Assembly: GCA_036675455.1 (NCBI GenBank)
Contig: JAKFFA010000051.1
Coordinates: 16,958 to 80,957, forward strand
DNA length: 64,000 nucleotides
Direction of reading: 5' to 3'
Origin: Gemmatimonadaceae bacterium
GTDB lineage: Bacteria; Gemmatimonadota; Gemmatimonadetes; Gemmatimonadales; Gemmatimonadaceae
Positions 17,500 to 26,765 of this stretch are shown here, piece by piece (within the stretch, counting starts at the first letter, position 1; each line of letters begins with the position of its first letter). The notes below the pieces were generated by a model. The model searched no databases and was not told the DNA's origin. It saw only the letters and a list, made by a program, of their open reading frames with translations. The translations under genes and the position numbers were made by a program.

Positions 17500-18687
17500 T
17501 CAACCGATTGCGGCCTCGAGCTTCTCCAACCCGAGCGCCAGGTCCGCGCGCGACATCACCAGCGGCGGCAGCAGACGGATCGTGTGGTCACCCGCAGCCA
17601 CCAGCAACAGCCCGGCGTCCATCGCGCGCGCCACGACGTCCTTGGCTGGGTCCGTCACGTCGATGCCCCACATGAAGCCGCGACCGCGCACCGCACGCAC
17701 CTTGGGTGAGCGGCTGCGGATGCCCTCGAGCTGGTCGCCAAGCCATGCGCCTTCGCGTACGACGTGCGCCAGCATGGCCGGGTCATGCAGTCGGTCGAAC
17801 ACGTGGTTGGCGACATGCGCGACCAATGGGCCGCCCCCGAACGTGGTGCCGTGGTCGCCGGGTTGCAGCGCGTCCGCCACCTGCTGCGTGAGCAGCACCG
17901 CGCCCATCGGCAGGCCGTTGGCCATCGGCTTGGCGAGCGTGAGCAGGTCCGGCTCGATGCCCGACTGCTCATACGCGAAGAACGTCCCCGTGCGGCCATA
18001 GCCGCACTGGATCTCGTCGAGGATCAGCAGGACGTTGCGCTCACGGGTCAGTGCGCGCAGCTCGCGCAGGAATCCGGCGTCGAGCACACGCACGCCGCCT
18101 TCGCCCTGGATGGGCTCGGCGATGACGGCACAGACGGCGTCGGCGGCCAGCGCATCGGCCAGATCGCGCAGGTCGCGCTCATGGATGTGGATGCCGCCGG
18201 CGAGCGGACGGAACGGGTTGCGATACTGCGGACGGTCGGTGGCCGCGAGCGTGCCGAACAGGCGTCCGTGAAACGCTCCCCGCAGCGCGATGATCTCATG
18301 TTTCGCCGGTCCGCCGACCTGCCGTCCCCACTTCCGCGCCATCTTGAACGCGCCTTCGTTCGCCTCGGCGCCAGAGTTGCAGAAGAACACGCGGTCCGCG
18401 AACGACGCCGCCACCAGCTTGTCCGCGAGCCGTTCGCCGGGCGCGGTGCGAAACAGGTTGGACACATGCACCAGGCCCGTGTCGAGCGCCTCGATGGTCG
18501 CCTGTCGCACGCCGGCGTCGTTGTAGCCGAGCGCGTTGACCGCGATTCCCGCCGTGAAATCGAGCCACTCGCGCCCTTCGTCGTCATAGAGGCGCACACC
18601 ATCGGCGCGTGTCAGCTCCATCGGCGCGCGGCGGTACAGGGCGAGCAGCGAGGCGTTTTCCACGGCGGGCAGGGTGTCAGTGATCAT
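17500..18687 (-). CDS. argD: Acetylornithine aminotransferase
   Basis: DFTAGIAVNALG, FCNSGAEANE, FHGR, EPIQGEGG, DEIQCGYGRTG, LAKPM; start MITDTL overlaps the argB stop. Confidence 0.93.
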   Translation of the reverse strand: MITDTLPAVENASLLALYRRAPMELTRADGVRLYDDEGREWLDFTAGIAVNALGYNDAGVRQATIEALDTGLVHVSNLFRTAPGERLADKLVAASFADRVFFCNSGAEANEGAFKMARKWGRQVGGPAKHEIIALRGAFHGRLFGTLAATDRPQYRNPFRPLAGGIHIHERDLRDLADALAADAVCAVIAEPIQGEGGVRVLDAGFLRELRALTRERNVLLILDEIQCGYGRTGTFFAYEQSGIEPDLLTLAKPMANGLPMGAVLLTQQVADALQPGDHGTTFGGGPLVAHVANHVFDRLHDPAMLAHVVREGAWLGDQLEGIRSRSPKVRAVRGRGFMWGIDVTDPAKDVVARAMDAGLLLVAAGDHTIRLLPPLVMSRADLALGLEKLEAAIG

Positions 18688-19613
18688 GTGCGTTCCCGCG
18701 TCACGGGCTTGGGGGTGATGGCCGTGCCGTCGGCGCGATTGGCGATGCCCTCGAGCGCCGCAATGCGCACCGCGCGCACGCCGTTGCGCAGCGCGCTGGC
18801 CGCGGCCTCCAACTTGGCGCGCATGCCGTCGCGCGCGATGCCGCGGTCGCACAGCGCGCGCGCGGCGTCGACGTCGAGCGACCGCAGCAGCGTGCCCTCC
18901 TCGAGCACGCCCGGCACGTCCGCGACGAACAGCAACTCATCGGCGCCGAGGCCGGCGGCGATGGCAGCGGCCGCGTCGTCGCCGTTGACGTTGAGCGTGC
19001 CGCCGAGGTCGACGGTTCCACGATCAGCGTCGAACGCGAAGGGGGGGGTGCCCTCGGGGTTCTGCTGCCCGCGCTTCACCACACGTTCGCGGGCGAGCGG
19101 CGAGATGACCGGCACCCAACCGCCGTTGAGTAGATGGGCGACCAGGCTCGCGTCGGCGAAGACGTCGCGGCCGACACGACCCATCTCGCCGTCGACGTCG
19201 ACATCCGCCGAGAGCAACCCGCCGTCCTCACCGCTGATGCCGACCGCCGGCGCACCGGCATCGCACAGCTGCGCCGCGATCCGCTTGTTGACCGTGCCCG
19301 AGAGCACCATGCGGACGACATCCAGGTCGGCGGCGCTGGTGACGCGGCGACCACCGATGAAGCTGGGCTCGAGACCGAGCCGACGCTGCATGGCCGACAC
19401 CTCGTCACCTCCGCCGTGCACGACGACGATGCGCGCGCCGGGTCGCTCAGCGGCCGTCGCGATCGCGGTGGCCAGACGCGGATCGGCTTGTGCGCGCCCC
19501 CCCACCTTGATCACGCGGATCGAGACGCCCGCGCCGGTCGAGGCCGCATGGTGCGAGCTCGACGAACGCGTGCCTACGGGCGGCGAGTCGGAACGTCGGC
19601 GACGTTCGCTCAT
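18684..19613 (-). CDS. argB: Acetylglutamate kinase
   Basis: VIKVGG, VHGGG, GGRRVT, NVNGDDAA, DVPGV, GMRAKL. Confidence 0.92.
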   Translation of the reverse strand: MSERRRRSDSPPVGTRSSSSHHAASTGAGVSIRVIKVGGRAQADPRLATAIATAAERPGARIVVVHGGGDEVSAMQRRLGLEPSFIGGRRVTSAADLDVVRMVLSGTVNKRIAAQLCDAGAPAVGISGEDGGLLSADVDVDGEMGRVGRDVFADASLVAHLLNGGWVPVISPLARERVVKRGQQNPEGTPPFAFDADRGTVDLGGTLNVNGDDAAAAIAAGLGADELLFVADVPGVLEEGTLLRSLDVDAARALCDRGIARDGMRAKLEAAASALRNGVRAVRIAALEGIANRADGTAITPKPVTRERT

Positions 19614-20581
19614 GCAGGGAGACCCATCGCCTCATCGAGGTCGAGCATCAAGTTTGCGTTCTGCATCGCCTGTCCCGCCGCTCCCTTCATGAGGTTGTCG
19701 ATGGCGCTGAAGACGAGCAGCGTCGGCGTGCGCACGTGCGCCGCCGCGCGCACCGCGATGCGCGCGACGTTGCGGTGTTGCACGTCGCGCAGTGTCGGGA
19801 GCTCGTCTGCGATCTCGATGAACCTCTCGCCTGCGAAGCGCGAGCGCCAGAGTGCCGTGGCCACCGCCGTCTCGAGCGGCGCGCGCAAGGGAACGCTGAT
19901 CGTGGCCAGGATGCCGCGCGCCACCGGCAGCAAATGCGGTGTGAAGAGCAAGTCGACATCGGCGCCGAGCGCCGTGGCCAGCGCGCGCATCTCACCGAGG
20001 TGACGATGCGTGTTGCCGGCGCCGTACGCGCGGTAGTCCTCGGTGAGTTCGCCGAAGAGCAAGTCGGCGCGCGGTGAGAGGCCGGCGCCGGTGACGCCAC
20101 TCGCGGCCGTGATGCTCACCGTGGAGCCGGGCGCGACAAGGCCTTGCTCGAGGAGGGGCAACAAGCCGAGCAGGATCGCCGTCGGATAGCATCCCGGGTT
20201 CGCCACACACGCGGCGCCGCGCACCTGCTCGCGGTTGAGTTCTGTCAGTCCATACGGAATGCCGTCGCTCGCGCCGTTGCCGATGCGATGATCGGCCGAG
20301 AGGTCGACGACTTGCGCACCGGCCTCGCGCGCGCGCGCGACCCACTCGGCACTCGCGCCGTGCGGCAACGCGGAGAAAATGAGCTTGGCATCGGCGAGTC
20401 GCACATCGTCGGTCGCGTCGAACGTGACGCGTCCGCCCAAGGGCAGGCGCGCCGTCTCGCCGCGCTGCGAGTTCGCCGTGGCGAACGCGAGGGACAGGCG
20501 GGGATGGCGGGAGATGAGGGCGCAGAGTTCGCGCCCCGCGTAACCGGAGGCGCCGAGCACGCCGACTGGAATCTTATGCAC
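19610..20581 (-). CDS. argC: N-acetyl-gamma-glutamyl-phosphate reductase
   Basis: GASGYAG, ALPHG, DLSADHR, NPGCYPT, SGVTGAG, DNLMKGAAGQA. Confidence 0.95.
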   Translation of the reverse strand: MHKIPVGVLGASGYAGRELCALISRHPRLSLAFATANSQRGETARLPLGGRVTFDATDDVRLADAKLIFSALPHGASAEWVARAREAGAQVVDLSADHRIGNGASDGIPYGLTELNREQVRGAACVANPGCYPTAILLGLLPLLEQGLVAPGSTVSITAASGVTGAGLSPRADLLFGELTEDYRAYGAGNTHRHLGEMRALATALGADVDLLFTPHLLPVARGILATISVPLRAPLETAVATALWRSRFAGERFIEIADELPTLRDVQHRNVARIAVRAAAHVRTPTLLVFSAIDNLMKGAAGQAMQNANLMLDLDEAMGLPA

Positions 20582-20603
20582 GATTAATGCATACTAATGC
20601 CGT
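20565..20603. promoter_or_regulatory. Tandem ARG boxes (ArgR operator) overlapping the argC start and promoter
   Basis: Minus-strand cores GGCATTAGTATGCA and TGCATAAGATTCCA are 7 nt apart, equivalent to two 18-bp boxes 3 bp apart; TTGACA -35 on the minus strand at 20611-20616. Confidence 0.8.
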
Positions 20604-20675
20604 CGCTCTCTGTCAATGACTTCCTTACCTTCCGCCCGCGAGCGTGCTACACTGGGGGACACCCGGAGATCTATT

Positions 20676-21140
20676 GTGACGGCCAGCAAAGCCGACCGCC
20701 AGAACGCCATCCTCGACCTCATCTCCACGCGCGAGATCGGCAGCCAGGAAGAGCTGCGTCAGTTGCTGCTCAAACGCGGCTGGGATGTCACGCAGTCCAC
20801 GCTCTCCCGCGACCTGCGCGACATGCGCGTCGCGCGTGTTCCCACCGCCCAAGGCGCGCGCTACGTGATCAGTGATGCCGGTCCGGATGACGGGTCCCGC
20901 GCGCCGCTGGCGGCCATCCTGCCGCAACTGTTCTTGCGCCTTGATGGCGTTGGACACCTCATCGTGCTCAAGACCGTGATCGGCGCCGCACAGACCATCG
21001 CCTCCGCTATCGACACCGAGGCCGACCCCGACATCCTCGGTACCATCGCCGGCGACGATACGGTCCTCATGATCTGTCGCAGCGAGGCGGCCCGCGACCG
21101 CGCCGCCAAGCGGCTCATCACGCTCGCCAAGCGCCGATGA
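20676..21140 (+). CDS. argR: Arginine repressor
   Basis: SQEELRQLL...VTQSTLSRDL, GTIAGDDT; GTG at 20676 after GGAG; extended -10 TGCTACACT upstream. Confidence 0.95.
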   Translation: MTASKADRQNAILDLISTREIGSQEELRQLLLKRGWDVTQSTLSRDLRDMRVARVPTAQGARYVISDAGPDDGSRAPLAAILPQLFLRLDGVGHLIVLKTVIGAAQTIASAIDTEADPDILGTIAGDDTVLMICRSEAARDRAAKRLITLAKRR

Positions 21141-21178
21141 CGCCGCGCCGGCCGCGCGCATCGAGCCGCGGCCTTCCA

Positions 21179-21196
21179 GTCGCATACTTATGCGAC
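21179..21196. promoter_or_regulatory. Single ARG-box-like palindrome upstream of argG
   Basis: GTCGCATA-CT-TATGCGAC. Confidence 0.65.
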
Positions 21197-21246
21197 TAAG
21201 TTGTTACTGTCCGTCGTTCGCCGTCACCCGTCCCCCCGCTTAGTCC

Positions 21247-22521
21247 ATGAAAACCATCGTCCTCGCTTACTCCGGCGGACTCGACACGTCCATCATCGTT
21301 CCTTGGCTGCGCGAGCATTACGACGCGCGCGTCGTCTGCGTCGCCGCCGACATCGGCCAAGGCGACGAACTGGAAGGTGTGCGCGAGAAGGCACTGGCTT
21401 CCGGCGCCGCCGATTGCCACATCGCCGACCTGCGCGAAGAGTTTGTGCGCGACTATGTATTCCCCACCCTGCGCGCCGGCGCCATCTACAACCGCAAGTA
21501 CTTGCTCGGCACATCGATGGCGCGTCCGCTGATTGCCAAGCGCCAAGTCGAAGTCGCGCTCGACATCGGCGCCGATGCGCTCGCGCACGGCTGCACGGGC
21601 AAGGGCAACGACCAGGTGCGCTTTGAACTCACGTACATGGCCATGGCACCGCAGCTGCCCGTCATCGCCCCGTGGCGCCTGTGGGATATTCGTTCACGCG
21701 AGGATGCGCTCGAGTACGCCGCGAAGAAGAAGGTTCCCGTGTCGGCGTCCACGACCAAGATCTACTCGCGCGACCGCAACATCTGGCACATCTCGCACGA
21801 GGGCGGTGTGCTCGAGGATCCGAACTCGGTGCCGCCGAAGGACCTGTTCATGCTCACCACCGATCCGGCGGACGCACCCGACCGGTTTGAGGACGTACGC
21901 ATCGGATTCGAGCAGGGGACGCCGGTCTCGGTCAACGGCCAGCGGCTTGGCCCGGTGGCGCTGCTCGAGCAGCTCAACGCGATTGCCGGCCGTCATGGAA
22001 TCGGTCGTGCCGACATCGTCGAGGACCGACTCGTCGGCATGAAGTCGCGCGGCGTGTATGAGACGCCGGGCGGCACGCTGCTGTACACAGCGCATTCAGA
22101 ACTCGAGCAGCTCGTGCTGGATCGTCGCACGCTGGCCGCCAAGGACCTCATCGCGCCGCGCTACGCGGATCTCGTGTACGAGGGTCGCTGGTGGGCGACC
22201 GAGCGCGAGTCGTACGACGCGTTCGTCAACGTGACGCAGCAGCGTGTGACGGGCTCGATCACCATCCGCTGCCTGCGCGGCACGATGACAATCGCCGGTC
22301 GTCAGTCGGCTGAGGCCCTCTATGACGAGCGCTTCGTCACGTTCGGAGAGGACGATGTCTATGAGCAGTCCGACGCCGCCGGCTTCATTCGCCTATATGG
22401 GCTCGCGTCACGCGTGCGCGCTATCAAGGACCTCGAAGCCAAGGGCGTCGACGTGAGGCCGAAAACGCTGCCGTCGCCGACGCTCGATGCGGCGAAGGGT
22501 GGCAAGAAGGCGAAGGCGTGA
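21247..22521 (+). CDS. argG: Argininosuccinate synthase
   Basis: LAYSGGLDTS, HGCTGKGNDQVRFE, KSRGVYETPG. Confidence 0.97.
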   Translation: MKTIVLAYSGGLDTSIIVPWLREHYDARVVCVAADIGQGDELEGVREKALASGAADCHIADLREEFVRDYVFPTLRAGAIYNRKYLLGTSMARPLIAKRQVEVALDIGADALAHGCTGKGNDQVRFELTYMAMAPQLPVIAPWRLWDIRSREDALEYAAKKKVPVSASTTKIYSRDRNIWHISHEGGVLEDPNSVPPKDLFMLTTDPADAPDRFEDVRIGFEQGTPVSVNGQRLGPVALLEQLNAIAGRHGIGRADIVEDRLVGMKSRGVYETPGGTLLYTAHSELEQLVLDRRTLAAKDLIAPRYADLVYEGRWWATERESYDAFVNVTQQRVTGSITIRCLRGTMTIAGRQSAEALYDERFVTFGEDDVYEQSDAAGFIRLYGLASRVRAIKDLEAKGVDVRPKTLPSPTLDAAKGGKKAKA

Positions 22522-23909
22522 GCAGCGGGTCGCACAAGCTTTGGGGCGGCCGGTTCGCTGGCGGCCCCGCGCCTGAACTCGACGCGGTGAATCGCTCCAT
22601 CGGGACCGATTTTCGGTTGTGGCCGTTCGACGTTCGCCTGTCGAAGGCATGGGCCGCCGGGCTCGTTGGTGCCGGCGTGCTCGACACGCGGGAATCGCAG
22701 CTGATCATTGATGGGCTCGACCGCGTGGCCGCGCGCATCGCCGCCGGCGAGCAGCCGATCGCGTCAGATGAGGACGTGCACACTTTCATCGACAGGCTAC
22801 TGCACGAGGAGGCCGGCGAACCGGCAGGCCGGCTGCATACGGGCCGCAGCCGCAACGACCAAGTCGCCACCGCGACGCGTCTGTGGACCATGGACGCGTG
22901 CGATCGGCTCGACGCGCTCATGCACGACCTTCAACAGGCGATGCTCCTGCAGGCGGATGCGCATTTGGACGCCTTGATGCCAGCCTACACGCATTTGCAG
23001 CGCGCGCAGCCGGTGTCGGTCGCGCACTGGATGCTGTCGCACTTTTGGCCGCTTGGTCGCGATCGCGCGCGCCTGGCCGCGGCGCGGCGCGCGGCCGCGG
23101 TGATGCCGCTCGGTTCAGGCGCCATCGCGGGGTCTGCGTTTCCCGTGCCGCGCGAGCAACTTCGAGCCTCCCTCGGCTTTGACCTCATCTCGGAAAATTC
23201 GATCGACGCGGTTGGAGATCGGGATTTCGTGGCCGAGGCACTGTTCGCGCTGTCGTTGCTGGGCGCACACCTGTCGCGGCTGGCCGAGGACCTGATTTTG
23301 TTTGGGTCGAGTGAGTTTGGGTTCGTTCGCTTTGGCGATGCGTTCTCGACGGGATCGTCGATGATGCCGCAGAAACGGAATCCCGATGCGCTCGAACTTG
23401 CGCGCGGGTCTGGCGCGCGCATGCTCGGCGGCCTGACGGCGCTGTTGGCCACGCTCAAGGGCCTGCCCAGTGGTTACAACAAGGACTTGCAGGAGGACAA
23501 GCGCACGCTGTTCGACGCCGTCGACGGCATGGTGCTGCTGCTGCCGGCCGTGGCCGGTTCGCTGGCGACGTTGACGTTCAATGAATCGCGCATGCGTGCA
23601 GCCGTGACGGGATCGATGATGGCAACCGACCTGGCTGACTATCTCGTGCGCAAACGCGTGACGTTTCGGGACGCACACGGTGCGGTCGGGCGATTGGTCC
23701 GCGAGGCCGAGGAGAAGAACGTTGAGCTCGACGCGCTGCCATTTTCCAGCTTTTCGGCCGCTCATGCGGCTTTCGGCGAGGATGTACTTGCCGAACTCAG
23801 GCCGGAAACGTCCGTTTCGCACCGGAATCTCGAGGGTGGAACGGGCCCAGAATCGGTGAAATTTCAGGTTGCAGCGGCTAAAGCATCGCTTGAGGTGCGT
23901 GCAAGATAG
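22518..23909 (+). CDS. argH: Argininosuccinate lyase
   Basis: LWGGRF, HTGRSRNDQ, YTHLQRAQP, GSSMMPQKRNPD. Confidence 0.97.
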   Translation: MSSGSHKLWGGRFAGGPAPELDAVNRSIGTDFRLWPFDVRLSKAWAAGLVGAGVLDTRESQLIIDGLDRVAARIAAGEQPIASDEDVHTFIDRLLHEEAGEPAGRLHTGRSRNDQVATATRLWTMDACDRLDALMHDLQQAMLLQADAHLDALMPAYTHLQRAQPVSVAHWMLSHFWPLGRDRARLAAARRAAAVMPLGSGAIAGSAFPVPREQLRASLGFDLISENSIDAVGDRDFVAEALFALSLLGAHLSRLAEDLILFGSSEFGFVRFGDAFSTGSSMMPQKRNPDALELARGSGARMLGGLTALLATLKGLPSGYNKDLQEDKRTLFDAVDGMVLLLPAVAGSLATLTFNESRMRAAVTGSMMATDLADYLVRKRVTFRDAHGAVGRLVREAEEKNVELDALPFSSFSAAHAAFGEDVLAELRPETSVSHRNLEGGTGPESVKFQVAAAKASLEVRAR

Positions 23910-24191
23910 TGCAGCGAGGTACGTATCCTAACCCGTTTCCGTAGCACGATTTGCTTATTTATTATTGAATGACGGAATAATAATTGCCGGGAAATCCACG
24001 GTCCTGAATGCTGCCGAATGGTTCGAGTCGCCGCATCGCTCGTCATCCTTCAGATGTCGGTCCTGGCCCGTCGAACGGAAACACACGCGCGCCGGCATAA
24101 ATAAAACGACTCCAAACGAATGTCGCTCTACACTATGGCGCACAATGATTTAGGTCGTTAGCATTTAATATTCTCTCAACTGAGGATATTT

Positions 24192-24602
24192 GTGCGAGCT
24201 GTAACCACCGCCACGGCCGCCACGGTGCTCGGCATCGATCGTCGATCTCTCGACAATCTTCTCCTCCAACTCGGGCCGTTGGCGCTGCCGCCAGGCCGAC
24301 AGGGAGTCGAGCGCCGAATTCCGGTGTCGCTACTCGATACGCTGGCGCTCACGACGGCCTTGATTGATCGAACTGGCATGCGCATCCGAGATGCATTCGG
24401 TTTGGCGAGCGGCTTGGTCTCCTCGCCCGAGAAGGCCGCGTCGGCAACCATTGCGGTTACAATCGGACCGTTCTTGCGCCTGGAGGCCGACGTCCAGTCG
24501 CTCAAGCAGGAGATTGCGGAGCGACTCGAGCTCGCAATCGAAACCGTCGTCCGCCGCCCAAGGGGCCGCCCACGCCAGCAGCCGCGCCGGGTTTCCGGCT
24601 AA
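24192..24602 (+). CDS. Hypothetical HTH-like DNA-binding protein with a C-terminal AT-hook-like motif
   Basis: N-terminal TTATAATVLGIDRRSLDNLL (MerR/excisionase-like HTH); C-terminal RRPRGRPR; GAGGA RBS before the GTG. Confidence 0.6.
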   Translation: MRAVTTATAATVLGIDRRSLDNLLLQLGPLALPPGRQGVERRIPVSLLDTLALTTALIDRTGMRIRDAFGLASGLVSSPEKAASATIAVTIGPFLRLEADVQSLKQEIAERLELAIETVVRRPRGRPRQQPRRVSG

Positions 24603-24604
24603 CG

Positions 24605-24812
24605 GTGATTCGGGATGCGCGGAACTGCATTTCACGCGGAGGCGCGGAGGCTCCGCTTTTCTGAACGAGATCCGTTTCATCGAGGCGCGGGGCTTACGAT
24701 TCGCGCGAAGTGAGACAGTCTCGCGGAAGGGCTTTCGTGATAACACGGAGAACGTGGACACCACCGCCAGCGCCGCTCCGCGTGAAACACAGTTTCCCGC
24801 ATCCGGCATCGC
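24605..24812 (+). other. 208-nt unbranched rod hairpin (candidate ncRNA or non-autonomous repeat element)
   Basis: Arms pair end to end by eye, with an outer stem of about 40 bp (TTTCACGCGGAG/CTCCGCGTGAAA) and apex TTCGCGCGAA at 24700-24709. Confidence 0.65.
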
Positions 24813-24828
24813 GGTCCCTTAGGAGATC

Positions 24829-24862
24829 AAAAAGGCGCCCCGAGCAAAGCTCGGGGCGCCTT
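24829..24862 (-). terminator. Intrinsic terminator of the second csp gene
   Basis: AAGGCGCCCCGAGC-AAA-GCTCGGGGCGCCTT with an A-run at 24829-24833 (U-tail on the minus strand). Confidence 0.88.
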
Positions 24863-24884
24863 CTCGATTGTGCCGGCTAGTGGC

Positions 24885-25094
24885 TTACGAAACCTTCGAG
24901 ACGTTCTCGGCAGCGGGGCCCTTGGCACCCTGCACGATGTCGAACTCGACGGCGTCACCCTCGGCGAGCGACTTGAAGCCGGAACCCTGGATCGCGCTGT
25001 AATGCACGAAGCAATCCTTGGTGCCGTTGTCGGGCGTGATGAACCCGAAGCCCTTCGCATCGTTGAACCACTTCACCTTGCCGGTCGTACGCAT
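24885..25094 (-). CDS. csp: Cold-shock protein (CspA family)
   Basis: [22 protein letters not shown]; AGGAG RBS. Confidence 0.97.
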   Translation of the reverse strand: MRTTGKVKWFNDAKGFGFITPDNGTKDCFVHYSAIQGSGFKSLAEGDAVEFDIVQGAKGPAAENVSKVS

Positions 25095-25223
25095 TCCCTA
25101 CTCCTGATTTTGTTGATTGATGCCGGGAGCGGTAAGCGCCGTGCCCTGCACAATCGGACTCACGAGACTTAAAATGATCCCTCGCGTTGGACCATCCTGC
25201 CGGAGAGCCCGGAGGATGCCAGA

Positions 25224-25252
25224 AAGGTACGGTGTCCTGGTGCGGGCCGCAA
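25224..25252 (-). promoter_or_regulatory. Sigma70-type promoter for csp, implying a structured 5'UTR of about 120 nt
   Basis: Minus strand TTGCGG-N17-TACCTT. Confidence 0.55.
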
Positions 25253-25468
25253 TAGCAGCGTTTTGCCGGCCGGACCGAATCTTCGCCGAGGCAGAATCCG
25301 AACCAGCCGAGCCCGGGGAAACACTGGCGAAAACGGACCGCGACCCTCGCGGAACAACTCCGCGGGCCGCCTAGGCAGGACTTCAGGCGCCGCGCATGAT
25401 AACTTCAGGGGTCGGTTGTTGCCATTCGGCCGGCCCGGCCATTCCGCCCTCTCCAGACCCGCAGTTCA

Positions 25469-26707
25469 TTGCTCCCGTTCAAGCCCCGACGCCAGACCGT
25501 GACCGCCGACATCGGCGGCGTGAAGGTCGGCTCCACGCAGCCGGTGGTCGTGCAGTCCATGACGAACACCGATACCGCCGATGCCGCGGCGACCGCGCTG
25601 CAGGTCGCCGCGCTCGCCCGCGCCGGCTCACAGCTCGTGCGCGTCACCGTCAATAACGAGGCCGCCGCGGCGGCCGTGCCGGACGTGATCTCACGCCTCG
25701 CCGATCTCGGCGTGAGCGTGCCCGTCATCGGCGATTTCCACTACAACGGCCATCTGCTGCTGCGCAAGTTTCCGCGCACGGCGGAGCTGCTCGCCAAGTA
25801 TCGCATCAACCCGGGCAACGTCGGCACCAAGCATCGCGACGACAACTTCCGCACGATCGTGCAAGTCGCGGTGGAGAACGACAAGCCTGTGCGCATCGGC
25901 GTGAACTGGGGATCCCTCGACCAGGATCTGCTGACCCAACTCATGGATGCGAATGCGAGGCGCAGCGAGCCGCTCGAGGCCAAGGAAGTCTACTTCGAGG
26001 CGATGCTCGAGTCCGCGCTTCGCTCCGCGGCACTCGCCGAGGAGACCGGGCTGCGTCATGACCAGATCCTGATCTCGGCCAAGATCTCGCAGGTGCAAGA
26101 CCTGGTGACCGTATACCGCCGGCTTGCAGCGCGTTGCGACTACCCACTTCACTTGGGACTCACCGAGGCGGGGCTCGGCACAAAGGGCGTCGTCGCGACG
26201 ACCGCCGCATTGTCGATCCTGCTAAGCGAAGGTATCGGCGACACGATCCGCGTGTCGCTGACACCGCGTCCCGGCGGCGACCGCACGGAAGAAGTGCTCG
26301 TCGCGCAGCAGGTCCTGCAGTCGCTCGAGCTGCGCTCGTTCACGCCGCAGGTCACCGCGTGTCCGGGCTGCGGCCGCACGACCTCGACGTTCTTTCAGAA
26401 GATGGCCGAGGACATCCAGGACTACTTGCGCGAGCAGATGCCGCGCTGGCGGGAGGCGCATCCAGGCGTCGAGGAGATGAAGGTCGCCGTGATGGGATGC
26501 GTCGTGAACGGCCCCGGCGAGTCGAAGCACGCGAATCTGGGTATTTCGCTTCCCGGCACGTTCGAGGAGCCGAAGGCGCCGGTCTACGTGGACGGCAAGC
26601 TGCGCGTCACGCTGAAGGGCGATGCGATCGTGCCCGACTTCCTGCGCATCCTCGACGAGTACGTCGCCAAGACCTATCCGTCGGACGAGCGGGCGACGGT
26701 CGGCTAG
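25469..26707 (+). CDS. ispG: HMBPP synthase (MEP pathway)
   Basis: [59 protein letters not shown]. Confidence 0.97.
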   Translation: MLPFKPRRQTVTADIGGVKVGSTQPVVVQSMTNTDTADAAATALQVAALARAGSQLVRVTVNNEAAAAAVPDVISRLADLGVSVPVIGDFHYNGHLLLRKFPRTAELLAKYRINPGNVGTKHRDDNFRTIVQVAVENDKPVRIGVNWGSLDQDLLTQLMDANARRSEPLEAKEVYFEAMLESALRSAALAEETGLRHDQILISAKISQVQDLVTVYRRLAARCDYPLHLGLTEAGLGTKGVVATTAALSILLSEGIGDTIRVSLTPRPGGDRTEEVLVAQQVLQSLELRSFTPQVTACPGCGRTTSTFFQKMAEDIQDYLREQMPRWREAHPGVEEMKVAVMGCVVNGPGESKHANLGISLPGTFEEPKAPVYVDGKLRVTLKGDAIVPDFLRILDEYVAKTYPSDERATVG

Positions 26708-26765
26708 GGCGAGAATTGTCGGCCCACTCGGTGATGGTCGGCTAGCGCGGGTGATGGTCGGCTAG
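26692..26765. repeat. 16-bp direct repeat copying the 3' end of ispG
   Basis: GGCGACGGTCGGCTAG (26692), GGTGATGGTCGGCTAG (26730 and 26750). Confidence 0.8.

Noticed and set aside
17764-19692. Long antisense ORFs (this 642-aa one, also 7328-8833, 13287-14660, 39755-41098, 45783-47141 and 51227-52474)
   Set aside because: They lie opposite well-supported genes, are Arg/Ala/Gly-rich without motifs, and are expected from stop-codon scarcity at high GC.
24134-24163. Possible dif site (ATGGCGCACAA-TGATTT-AGGTCGTTAGC)
   Set aside because: The left arm resembles the XerC arm, but the normally well-conserved XerD arm TTATGTTAAAT does not match, and a dif site 31 kb from parS is unlikely.
23910-24190. 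Small ORFs in the AT-rich island (23864-24046, 23955-24143, 23965-24153)
   Set aside because: Atypical codon usage, no RBS and no motifs; the region is more plausibly regulatory DNA.
2173-26765. Short direct repeats at 2173, 7482 and 26692 as a CRISPR array
   Set aside because: The units are tandem or have only 4-nt spacers, there are no unique 30-40-nt spacers, and there are no cas genes.
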